In this document: one piece after another, positions 1 through 7,048 of the stretch
Layout: each line of letters begins with the position of its first letter
Numbering within the stretch: position 1 is the stretch's first letter
Source: a bacterium
Lineage (GTDB): Bacteria > UBA10199 > DSSB01
NCBI GenBank assembly: GCA_041746775.1
Contig: JBGTGJ010000222.1
Location: 1-16,425 of the forward strand
Length of the DNA: 16,425 bases
Direction: 5' to 3'
Program-made: the position numbers and the translations under genes
Notes under the pieces: generated by a model
Databases searched by the model: none
The model's input: the letters and a program-made list of their open reading frames with translations, nothing else
Told to the model about the DNA's origin: nothing

Positions 1-230
1 CCGATTTAAGATTTCCTAGTTGTGTGGAGGTTGAGAATCTTCTGCCAGATATTTTTTTATTAGATAATACTTTTGCAACCGAGGAAATAACTACGGGGAA
101 TACGAAACATTTAAAAATAAAAGGAAATAAAAAAGCTAAGATTTTAGAAAAAATTTTTGATTTATCTGTGGATGATTTCAGAAATTTCAAGCCGTTATTT
201 GAAAAGATAAATAACTTGTTTGGAATATAG
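1..230 (+). CDS. 3'-terminal fragment of a gene running off the window edge; unknown function, Lys/Ile/Phe-rich
   Basis: The frame is open from nt 3 to the TAG at 228-230. The stop lies 2 nt before the hsdS ATG at 233. GC is about 28%, versus about 50% in the adjoining hsdS. I recognise no catalytic or family motif. The position is where hsdM would be expected, but neither sequence nor composition supports that call. Confidence 0.35.
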   Translation, partial: DLRFPSCVEVENLLPDIFLLDNTFATEEITTGNTKHLKIKGNKKAKILEKIFDLSVDDFRNFKPLFEKINNLFGI

Positions 231-232
231 CT

Positions 233-1438
233 ATGATTTGGCAAACAAAATCACTCAGGGAAGTTCTTCAAAAGACAGAGATGATCAATCCTCTTCAATC
301 GCCAGAAATAGAGTTCGATTACATCGACGTGTCGAGTATCTCCAACACGACGTTTGAGATTGAGGGAACTCAACGCCTAAAAGGTAAGGACGCGCCAAGT
401 CGTGCGCGACGACTCGTGAAAGCTAACGATGTGCTATTCGCGACAGTACGGCCAACATTGCAAAGAATCGCTGTTGTGCCGGAGCATCTCGATAACCAAG
501 TTTGTAGTACCGGTTACTTTATTCTCCGACCAAAGGCGGGAATTGACCATCGCTTCGTTTTCTATTCGCTTTTCACCGAAGACTTCATGGGTCAGATGGA
601 AATCCTCCAAAAGGGTGCAAGTTATCCAGCAGTGACTGACAGCGAGGTTAGAGCACAGTTGATTCGCGTTCCCCCACTCTCCGAACAACAACGCATCGTC
701 GCCATCCTCGACAAAGCGTTTGCGGGCATCGCTACCTCCAAAGCCAACGCCGAAAAGCACCTCCAAAACGCTCGCTCCCTTTTCGAAAGCCACCTCCAAT
801 CGGTCTTCACCCAGAGTGGCTCGGCGTGGGTGGAGAGCAAGCTGAAGTCGCTCACAACAAAAATTGGCAGTGGGGCGACTCCACGCGGCGGCGAAGAATC
901 CTACAAGTCGGAAGGCATTTCGCTGATCCGTAGTTTGAATGTCCACGATCTCAATTTCAAGTATCGCAAGCTCGCCTTCCTTGATGATGCTCAGGCCGAC
1001 GAATTGTCGAACGTCGAGGTGCAGCAACGTGACGTACTGTTGAACATCACGGGGGCTTCTGTCGCGCGATGCTGCATTGTTCCAGAGGATGTCCTGCCAG
1101 CTCGGGTGAATCAGCATGTTTCGATCATAAGACCGCTTCCTGAAAAGTTAGACGCGGACTTTCTTCACTATCTTCTCATTTCCAAACCTTACAAAGATCA
1201 ATTGCTACAAACGGGCGCAGAAGGTGGTTCGACAAGACAGGCGATCACCAAGGCGCAGATTCAAGACTTCTCTGTCAAATATCCGGCAACTCTCAATGAA
1301 CAGAAATCAATCGTCGCTAAGCTGGATACCATGCTTGCCGAAACCCAGCGCCTCGCTTCCCTCTACGAGCGCAAGCTAGCCATGTTGGAGGCGTTAAAAA
1401 AATCACTGCTGCACCAAGCCTTTAACGGAGAATTATGA
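233..1438 (+). CDS. hsdS: Type I restriction-modification specificity subunit HsdS (two TRDs)
   Basis: The 401-aa protein has the classic HsdS layout. There are two variable target-recognition domains. Each is followed by a conserved helical repeat: central 'PPLSEQQRIVAILDKAFAGI...' and C-terminal 'LNEQKSIVAKLDTMLAETQRLASLYERKLAMLEALKKSLL'. hsdR lies immediately downstream on the same strand. Confidence 0.9.
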   Translation: MIWQTKSLREVLQKTEMINPLQSPEIEFDYIDVSSISNTTFEIEGTQRLKGKDAPSRARRLVKANDVLFATVRPTLQRIAVVPEHLDNQVCSTGYFILRPKAGIDHRFVFYSLFTEDFMGQMEILQKGASYPAVTDSEVRAQLIRVPPLSEQQRIVAILDKAFAGIATSKANAEKHLQNARSLFESHLQSVFTQSGSAWVESKLKSLTTKIGSGATPRGGEESYKSEGISLIRSLNVHDLNFKYRKLAFLDDAQADELSNVEVQQRDVLLNITGASVARCCIVPEDVLPARVNQHVSIIRPLPEKLDADFLHYLLISKPYKDQLLQTGAEGGSTRQAITKAQIQDFSVKYPATLNEQKSIVAKLDTMLAETQRLASLYERKLAMLEALKKSLLHQAFNGEL

Positions 1439-1450
1439 GTTGAGCGATTC

Positions 1451-1522
1451 GTATCTATCTTTTCAAAGATGTAAACAAAGTGCCTGTGTTTGTATCTATT
1501 GGGGCAGTAGATGGATACAAAC
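1451..1522. promoter_or_regulatory. Imperfect inverted repeat GTTTGTATCTAT-N11-ATGGATACAAAC, plus a third direct half-site GTATCTAT, in the hsdS-hsdR spacer; candidate operator/promoter element for hsdR
   Basis: The arms are at 1488-1499 and 1511-1522, and 11 of 12 nt are complementary. A further GTATCTAT copy sits at 1451-1458. No T-tract follows on either strand, so a terminator is unlikely. It sits 40-70 bp upstream of the hsdR ATG. Confidence 0.3.
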
Positions 1523-1560
1523 CATGAAAAAAAATATGAGAACTTAGTAGAACGTGGCAA

Positions 1561-3954
1561 ATGACAAACATGATGAACGAAGCAGAAACCAGAGCTGAAC
1601 ATATTGACCCCGCATTGAAGGCGGCGGGCTGGGGTGTCGTCGATGGGACTAAAATCCTGCGTGAGTATCTTATCACGCCTGGTCGCATCGAAGGGCACGG
1701 TCGGCGTGGCAAGCCGCTTATAGCCGATTATGTGCTTGTCTATCGCAACCGCAAGTTGGCAGTGATTGAGGCAAAGGGATGGGATGAAGAACTTACTGCA
1801 GGAGTTGCGCAGGGGAAGAATTACGCCGGCAAACTTTCTGTCCGGCACACTTATTCTACTAATGGGAAGAGCATCTATGGCATCGACATGAGTGAAGGAA
1901 CAGAAGGGGAGGTGGCGCAGTACCCCACTCCGGATGAGCTTTGGAATTTGACGTTTGCCGAAGAAAACGCGTGGCATAAACGCTTCACTGGTGTCCCTTT
2001 CCCAGATAAGAGTGGCAGCTGGACGATCCGTTTTTATCAGGAAATATCGGTCAACCGAGTGTTGGAAGCGATCGTCGCGGGGAGGGATCGAATCTTACTC
2101 ACGCTCGCTACTGGCACTGGCAAGACTTCAATTGCCTTTCAGATTGCGTGGAAGTTGTTTCAGGCGCGTTGGAATCTAATTGAGAGAACTCGGGATGGTG
2201 AACCATCACGTCGCCCGCACATCTTGTTTCTGGCTGATCGAAACACACTCGCTACTCAAGCTTATAACGATTTCACCTCCTTTGCGGCTTTTCAAGATGA
2301 TGCCCTTGTGCGTATCAAGCCGGAAGATATTCGTAAGAAGGGGAAGGTTCCAAGAAACGCCAGCCTCTTTTTCACCATCTTTCAGACCTTTATGAGTGGA
2401 CCGCCGAAGGATGGCAAACCATCCCCTTATTTTGGCGAATATCCACCAGACTTTTTCGATTTCATCATTATCGACGAGTGCCATCGCGGCGGCGCGAACG
2501 ACGAAAGCAACTGGCGAGGTATCCTTGATTACTTTGCCCCCGCCGTGCAGCTGGGCCTCACCGCCACGCCCAAGCGCAAGGATAACGTGGACACCTATGC
2601 TTACTTTGGCGAGCCGGTCTATATCTACTCGCTCAAAGAGGGAATCAATGACGGCTTTCTCACGCCGTTCAAACTGAAACAAATTTCCACGACGCTCGAT
2701 GAGTACGTTTATACCTCTGATGACCAGTTGATCGAGGGGGAGATAGAAGCCGGGAAGCGGTACACTGAAACCGATTTCAATAAGATCATCGAGATCAAGG
2801 AACGGGAAGTTCACCGCGTGAAACTTTTCATGTCGCAGATCAACCAGAATGAGAAGACGCTGGTGTTCTGCGCTACCCAGGATCATGCACTGGCAGTTCG
2901 CGACCTAATCAATCAGGTGAAGACCAGTAAAGACCCGAATTATTGTCAGCGGGTTACCGCCAATGACGGCGAGCTCGGTGAGCAACAGCTGCGTGATTTC
3001 CAGGATAACGAAAAGACCATTCCCACGATCTTGACGACCTCGCAAAAGCTCTCCACTGGAGTAGATGCCCGAAACATTCGTAACATCGTCTTGATGCGCC
3101 CGATTAACTCAATGATCGAGTTCAAGCAGATCATTGGACGTGGCACGCGGCTTTACGATGGGAAGGACTATTTTACGATCTTTGATTTTGTGAAGGCGCA
3201 TCACCATTTCAGCGATCCAGAATGGGACGGGGAACCGATCGAGCCGGAACCGAAGTCATCACCGACGGAGTCATCGCCAGCCGGCCTGACTGTTCTTCCA
3301 GATTCAGACATAGGTACCGGACCCGGTCCCCTTCCGCGTTCGCAGAAGATTAAGGTAAAGCTAGCCGACGGCAAGGCCCGCACCATTCAACACATGATGG
3401 CCACCACATTTTGGCATCCAGACGGAACCCCGATGTCCGCGCAGCAATTCATGGAATCGCTTTTTGGCAAACTCCCGGAATTCTTCCGTAACGAAGATGA
3501 ATTGCGCGTCCTATGGAGTGTCCCCGAGACGCGTGCCAAGCTACTGGAAGGGCTTGCAGAAAAAGGTTTTGGTAAAGAACAATTGGCTGAATTTCAAAAG
3601 GTCATCGATGCTGAGAAAAGCGATCTCTTCGACGTGCTGGCCTATATAGCCTATGCTTTGCCGCCGCTAAGTCGCGAAGAACGAGCCGCAAAAGCTAAGG
3701 TTATCATCAGTGAAAAATTCAACAGTAAACTGAAGATCTTTCTCAATTTCGTCCTCTCACACTACGTTAATATCGGCGTGGAAGAACTTGCCCAAGACAA
3801 ATTGTCGCCTTTGTTGCGCCTTATGTATCATGATTCGCTAGCGGATGCCGTGAAAGAACTGGGCACACCCGAAGAGATCAAGAAGGTATTCAATGGATTT
3901 CAAAAATATTTGTATGCGGAGGGTGAGGCGAGAGGGAGTGGATGTGGGGGGTGA
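1561..3954 (+). CDS. hsdR: Type I restriction enzyme R subunit HsdR (short, EcoEI/IB-like form)
   Basis: 797 aa. The N-terminal HsdR_N/PD-(D/E)xK nuclease region shows 'IDPALKAAGW' and 'ADYVLV...VIEAKG'. SF2 helicase motifs are present: I 'LATGTGKT', II 'IIIDECHRG', III 'LGLTATPKR', VI 'QIIGRGTR'. The C-terminal helical domain resembles the EcoEI-type R C-terminus. It is syntenic with hsdS. Confidence 0.9.
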   Translation: MTNMMNEAETRAEHIDPALKAAGWGVVDGTKILREYLITPGRIEGHGRRGKPLIADYVLVYRNRKLAVIEAKGWDEELTAGVAQGKNYAGKLSVRHTYSTNGKSIYGIDMSEGTEGEVAQYPTPDELWNLTFAEENAWHKRFTGVPFPDKSGSWTIRFYQEISVNRVLEAIVAGRDRILLTLATGTGKTSIAFQIAWKLFQARWNLIERTRDGEPSRRPHILFLADRNTLATQAYNDFTSFAAFQDDALVRIKPEDIRKKGKVPRNASLFFTIFQTFMSGPPKDGKPSPYFGEYPPDFFDFIIIDECHRGGANDESNWRGILDYFAPAVQLGLTATPKRKDNVDTYAYFGEPVYIYSLKEGINDGFLTPFKLKQISTTLDEYVYTSDDQLIEGEIEAGKRYTETDFNKIIEIKEREVHRVKLFMSQINQNEKTLVFCATQDHALAVRDLINQVKTSKDPNYCQRVTANDGELGEQQLRDFQDNEKTIPTILTTSQKLSTGVDARNIRNIVLMRPINSMIEFKQIIGRGTRLYDGKDYFTIFDFVKAHHHFSDPEWDGEPIEPEPKSSPTESSPAGLTVLPDSDIGTGPGPLPRSQKIKVKLADGKARTIQHMMATTFWHPDGTPMSAQQFMESLFGKLPEFFRNEDELRVLWSVPETRAKLLEGLAEKGFGKEQLAEFQKVIDAEKSDLFDVLAYIAYALPPLSREERAAKAKVIISEKFNSKLKIFLNFVLSHYVNIGVEELAQDKLSPLLRLMYHDSLADAVKELGTPEEIKKVFNGFQKYLYAEGEARGSGCGG

Positions 3955-4023
3955 CTTCTGCTGGGAAAGACGCCCTTTAAGCGAAAAGAGAAAATTAGCA
4001 CATTTAATGGCTTTAAATAAAGT

Positions 4024-4737
4024 ATGGATCTGTCTCCAATAAATACATTTGCTGCTAAATTAGAACGGGGTGAAATATTTACATTTATCTACGGGTTCGC
4101 CTTAGGATTATTTATATTCTTAGTACTTTTTATTGAATTCCCTTCATGTAAGCTAGAATCGATCAGATTAATTTCTTCTGACCCCTATCTTCTTATTTTC
4201 GGTTTTTTAGGTACAGGTCTGCTTGTTACTTTTTTTGTCCATATAATTTACAATTTAATTGGGTTACCAATTTTAAGACTAGCGAATAAAGGCATTGAAC
4301 GGGAAATATTAAATACAATTCCACAAATCGACTGGGGCCTAACCAAGCAATCAATGAATGATTGGGCGCACTTGCTTCATATCTATCAACTTTCGGTCAC
4401 AGCATTTATTTTCTTTATGATTTTTCCACTATTTTTAAGGTTTAAATATTCTTCAGTTAATTATTTTTCCTTACCATTTATAATTTATGAAATCGTTTTT
4501 TTAATTTTATTTTTTGGCGGCATTTTTTATTTAAAAAATGAATGGAAAAAGTTTTCAAGGCTATATGCTTTAGTTAATGCAAGTAAGGTGAAAGTTTTTT
4601 CTGATGAAAAATCGTTTTCAGAAAATCAAAATCATTTTGTTAATGTTAATTTCTCAAATTATCAAAACGCAATAATGCAAAGCACAGTAAGAAGTTTCCA
4701 AAACATGGTGCAGGGGTTGAGCGATTTTATTAGGTGA
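4024..4737 (+). CDS. Hypothetical polytopic membrane protein (about 4 predicted TM helices), AT-rich and probably horizontally acquired
   Basis: 237-aa ORF at about 27% GC. Four long hydrophobic segments are visible (around aa 19-39, 54-83, 123-140, 149-171), followed by a polar, Asn/Ser-rich C-terminal tail. I recognise no family motif. It lies immediately downstream of hsdR on the same strand. Confidence 0.55.
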   Translation: MDLSPINTFAAKLERGEIFTFIYGFALGLFIFLVLFIEFPSCKLESIRLISSDPYLLIFGFLGTGLLVTFFVHIIYNLIGLPILRLANKGIEREILNTIPQIDWGLTKQSMNDWAHLLHIYQLSVTAFIFFMIFPLFLRFKYSSVNYFSLPFIIYEIVFLILFFGGIFYLKNEWKKFSRLYALVNASKVKVFSDEKSFSENQNHFVNVNFSNYQNAIMQSTVRSFQNMVQGLSDFIR

Positions 4738-4970
4738 AAACTCAACAAATTTTGTGCACTAGTGCGAAAGCAACTCAATGATTTGTCAGTATTCAATTCC
4801 CACTCTCCCACACCAATACCCATAAACCACAGACCTTCGGTGACGGAGAACAATCCCCAACAAAGAGAACTTATAAATAAAAAGAACAGGTTGATTGCCT
4901 TTGAGAGGTAGAATTGACTTTGATTGGTGGTTTAGTGGGTACATCATGGAACTCCGAAACAAATTGCGTT

Positions 4971-5333
4971 TCAAGTGATCGTGCATAACACTTGATCTTC
5001 TTGTTTCAGACGTTCATCAATCACAAAAGTGCCGAAGGGAACAAGAGACGAGGCGAAAATAATACATGTGCGCACAATCGACCAGCGTGCTTTCAACGTC
5101 GCCTGTATAAGTGCCATGCAGAATAGAAGAAATAAGGCGCCGTGAATGGAACCAACGATCTTTACAGCCAAAGGCAAACCGGCGAAGTACTTGAGAGGCA
5201 TCGCGATGCCAAGAAGCAGCAGATAAGAAAATCCCTCGATGATACCAATGGCCCGTAGACGTCCGATTGGGGTCTTCAACATATACAGCCTCCCATCAAT
5301 CCATTCCTCCACCGTTCCTCGAAAACCCGGCAT
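4971..5333 (-). CDS. Small integral membrane protein, DUF3817-like (YdzA-like)
   Basis: 120-aa ORF. The segment 'MLKTPIGRLR.IG..EG.SYLLLLGIAMPLKY.AG.P.AV.IVGSIHG.LF' matches my recollection of DUF3817 proteins. The ATG at 5333 overlaps the upstream SPFH stop (TAATG) and has a GGAGG 9 nt upstream. An alternative start at 5282 (M18) has a GGGAGG 6 nt upstream and would give about 103 aa. Confidence 0.6.
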   Translation of the reverse strand: MPGFRGTVEEWIDGRLYMLKTPIGRLRAIGIIEGFSYLLLLGIAMPLKYFAGLPLAVKIVGSIHGALFLLFCMALIQATLKARWSIVRTCIIFASSLVPFGTFVIDERLKQEDQVLCTIT

Positions 5334-6184
5334 TAGTTCTGTCCTCCAAGGATAATCGGCAATCCGTCCTTTCCGCTTCCGATCACGACCACCTTGCTGT
5401 TTTGACTGTCGGCGAGTTTCGATGTGGCCTCGACTCCCTTCCAGCGAAGAAATAAATCAGTCAGCCCGGTGGTGACGATCTTCTGGAAATCGGCGATCCC
5501 CTGAGCCTCAATCCTCTTCCTGTCGGCTTCTTGCGTTTCTTTATTCAGAACGAACTTCATCTGTTCCGACTGTTGTTCCGCCTCCAGTTTTTTCTCGATC
5601 GCTGTCGCAAGAATTGCGGGCAATGTGGCGCTCCTCAAGAGGACTTTTTCAACGGTGATCCCGCGCTCTAAGAGGGGTCCCTTCAAATGGGAGAACATCT
5701 CGTTTGCGATCGCCTCACGTTCCGAGGTGTAAAGGGCCTTCGCCTCATAACCGGCCGTCACCCCCCGGATAACTGATCGAAGTTGCGGAACCACCACCAC
5801 TCGGAGGTAGTCGGGCCCGATCGTCTTGTAGACTTGGGCCGCTTTCTGAGGGTTGAGACTGGATAAGAGTGAAACATCCAAGTGAACACTCAAACCTTCC
5901 TTTGAGGGAACATTGGCCTGTTCCGTCACTTCTTGGGTCCGAATCGAAAACTTATGGATTTTGAGTAACGGATTGACGAGGTGCAATCCGGCGGAAAGCG
6001 TATTATCCGAGACATTCCCGAAGAAATCTTTCAATCCCACGTGCCCCGCGGGAATGACCGTGATCGATTTGATTATTGCAATGAGGCCTAAACCCAGCGC
6101 CACAAGGATCAATTTTTTCCTTCCCTTGGGGATAAGTCTCTTGATGTGATTTTGCAGTTCGATAATTTCGTTATTTCCATTCAT
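5333..6184 (-). CDS. SPFH/band-7 family protein (prohibitin/HflC-like), N-terminal membrane anchor
   Basis: An N-terminal TM ('KKLILVALGLGLIAIIKSI') is followed by an SPFH core ('VIPAGHVGL...') and a C-terminal coiled-coil ('AIEKKLEAEQQSEQMKF...EADRKRIEAQGIADFQK'). I placed the start at the ATG at 6184, which is preceded by AGGAGA-aaac. The longer ORF-track extension to 6439 starts on TTG and has no RBS. Confidence 0.85.
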   Translation of the reverse strand: MNGNNEIIELQNHIKRLIPKGRKKLILVALGLGLIAIIKSITVIPAGHVGLKDFFGNVSDNTLSAGLHLVNPLLKIHKFSIRTQEVTEQANVPSKEGLSVHLDVSLLSSLNPQKAAQVYKTIGPDYLRVVVVPQLRSVIRGVTAGYEAKALYTSEREAIANEMFSHLKGPLLERGITVEKVLLRSATLPAILATAIEKKLEAEQQSEQMKFVLNKETQEADRKRIEAQGIADFQKIVTTGLTDLFLRWKGVEATSKLADSQNSKVVVIGSGKDGLPIILGGQN

Positions 6185-6442
6185 GTTTTCTCCTTTGATA
6201 AAGCTGGTTTGTATATCAGCGAGAGTACAATTGATAATGTTAAAATACCCCCCACGAACCCCAGGCAATGCCAATCGGAATCTTGTAGAAACCGGCCAAA
6301 GCATTTTGCCTCCCAAAAACGAGGATAGCTGAGAGGCCATAATGAAGATGATGGAAAAAAACCATCGGACTTTGGAAGTGTAAGCGATGAAGGGATCTTG
6401 TGTGATGGCGAGAATTGCCGGGGTCGAGGCGGTATTCAAAAT

Positions 6443-6481
6443 AAAAAAACTCCCGCACTCTAAAAGAGTCGGGAGTTTTTT
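6443..6481. terminator. Bidirectional rho-independent terminator
   Basis: The sequence is A7-CTCCCG(c)ACTCT-aaa-AGAGTCGGGAG-T6, about an 11-bp stem with a one-base bulge. An A-tract on one side and a T-tract on the other let it work on both strands. It lies between the 3' end of the secreted-protein gene and the SPFH promoter region. Confidence 0.65.
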
Positions 6482-6493
6482 ATACTATCTTAT

Positions 6494-6880
6494 TTATTCC
6501 TCAGTATTCTTATAATCCTGCCCCCAACCTAGTGACATTCCTGATTTTCGGTCTTGTTCCCAGGTGGTGTTCATATTCCAGCGTTTTTGGGCTCGGACAC
6601 ATGCTTCGTCTTGGCAGTTTTCATTATAACTTAATCTTCTGGTCGAAGGGGGACCAAGATCGTGTTTTTGGGTCACAGGGCTATTCCCCAACGGATCACC
6701 AATTGCCAATGAATCGCTGCCACTAAATTGTGTGGTAGTTAAAACAGTGTTGGGATCCACCACTGTTTTGGTTTCTTGGATTTGTGTTGCACCCACATTG
6801 GTGCTGCTGTCAGCTGCTAGCGCTGCTGAAGTCATCAATAGGCCGCTGATCAACGCAGGTATGATGATTGATTTCTTCAT
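6494..6880 (-). CDS. Small secreted protein with a signal peptide (hypothetical; Thr/Ser/Asn/Gln-rich with one Cys pair)
   Basis: The start was refined to the ATG at 6880, which is preceded by AAGGAGG-ttaacg. The signal peptide 'MKKSIIIPALISGLLMTSAALA|ADSS' has an AXA cleavage site. The mature part is about 106 aa, low-complexity, with a 'NCQDEAC' Cys pair. I recognise no family. Confidence 0.55.
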   Translation of the reverse strand: MKKSIIIPALISGLLMTSAALAADSSTNVGATQIQETKTVVDPNTVLTTTQFSGSDSLAIGDPLGNSPVTQKHDLGPPSTRRLSYNENCQDEACVRAQKRWNMNTTWEQDRKSGMSLGWGQDYKNTEE

Positions 6881-6917
6881 CGTTAACCTCCTTTCATCAT
6901 GACACTGGTTCAAACAG

Positions 6918-6923
6918 ATTATA
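6918..6923 (-). promoter_or_regulatory. Candidate -10 box (TATAAT on minus strand) for the secreted-protein gene
   Basis: A perfect TATAAT hexamer sits about 38 nt upstream of the ATG at 6880. No convincing -35 element is seen. Confidence 0.3.
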
Positions 6924-7048
6924 CTAAATGGTAACCCTAAAAAATTGTGGCGGGTAGAAAATAATTTAAGAAAAAATTAATCGCGAAAATAATTTTAATA
7001 GTTGGCGCGATTTTTGATAAATCTCAGAACTGAGAACGCATATATTGG

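Noticed and set aside
434-1117. 227-aa antisense ORF inside hsdS (and the similar antisense ORFs 1363-1977 and 2206-2886 across hsdS/hsdR)
   Set aside because: They lie fully inside well-supported sense genes, in GC-rich stretches where stop codons are scarce. No RBS or family motif is present.
4756-4765. Perfect 10-bp palindrome GCACTAGTGC just after the membrane-protein gene
   Set aside because: Too short to be significant; about 16 such palindromes are expected by chance in 16 kb. No T-tract, so not a terminator.
6185-6439. 85-codon in-frame stop-free extension upstream of the SPFH start, with a hydrophobic stretch
   Set aside because: It begins with TTG and has no RBS. The ATG at 6184 has a textbook AGGAGA SD and is followed immediately by the expected SPFH membrane anchor. 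A candidate promoter (TTATCA-N16-TATACA) lies inside the extension. The open frame is probably chance, about 2% likely at this GC.
6935-7048. AT-rich intergenic region with short CGCGA-containing repeats and a TTCTCAG-tt-CTGAGA mini-hairpin after the helicase stop
   Set aside because: The stems are only 5-6 bp with weak T-tracts. It is at best a weak terminator, and I could not support a discrete feature.
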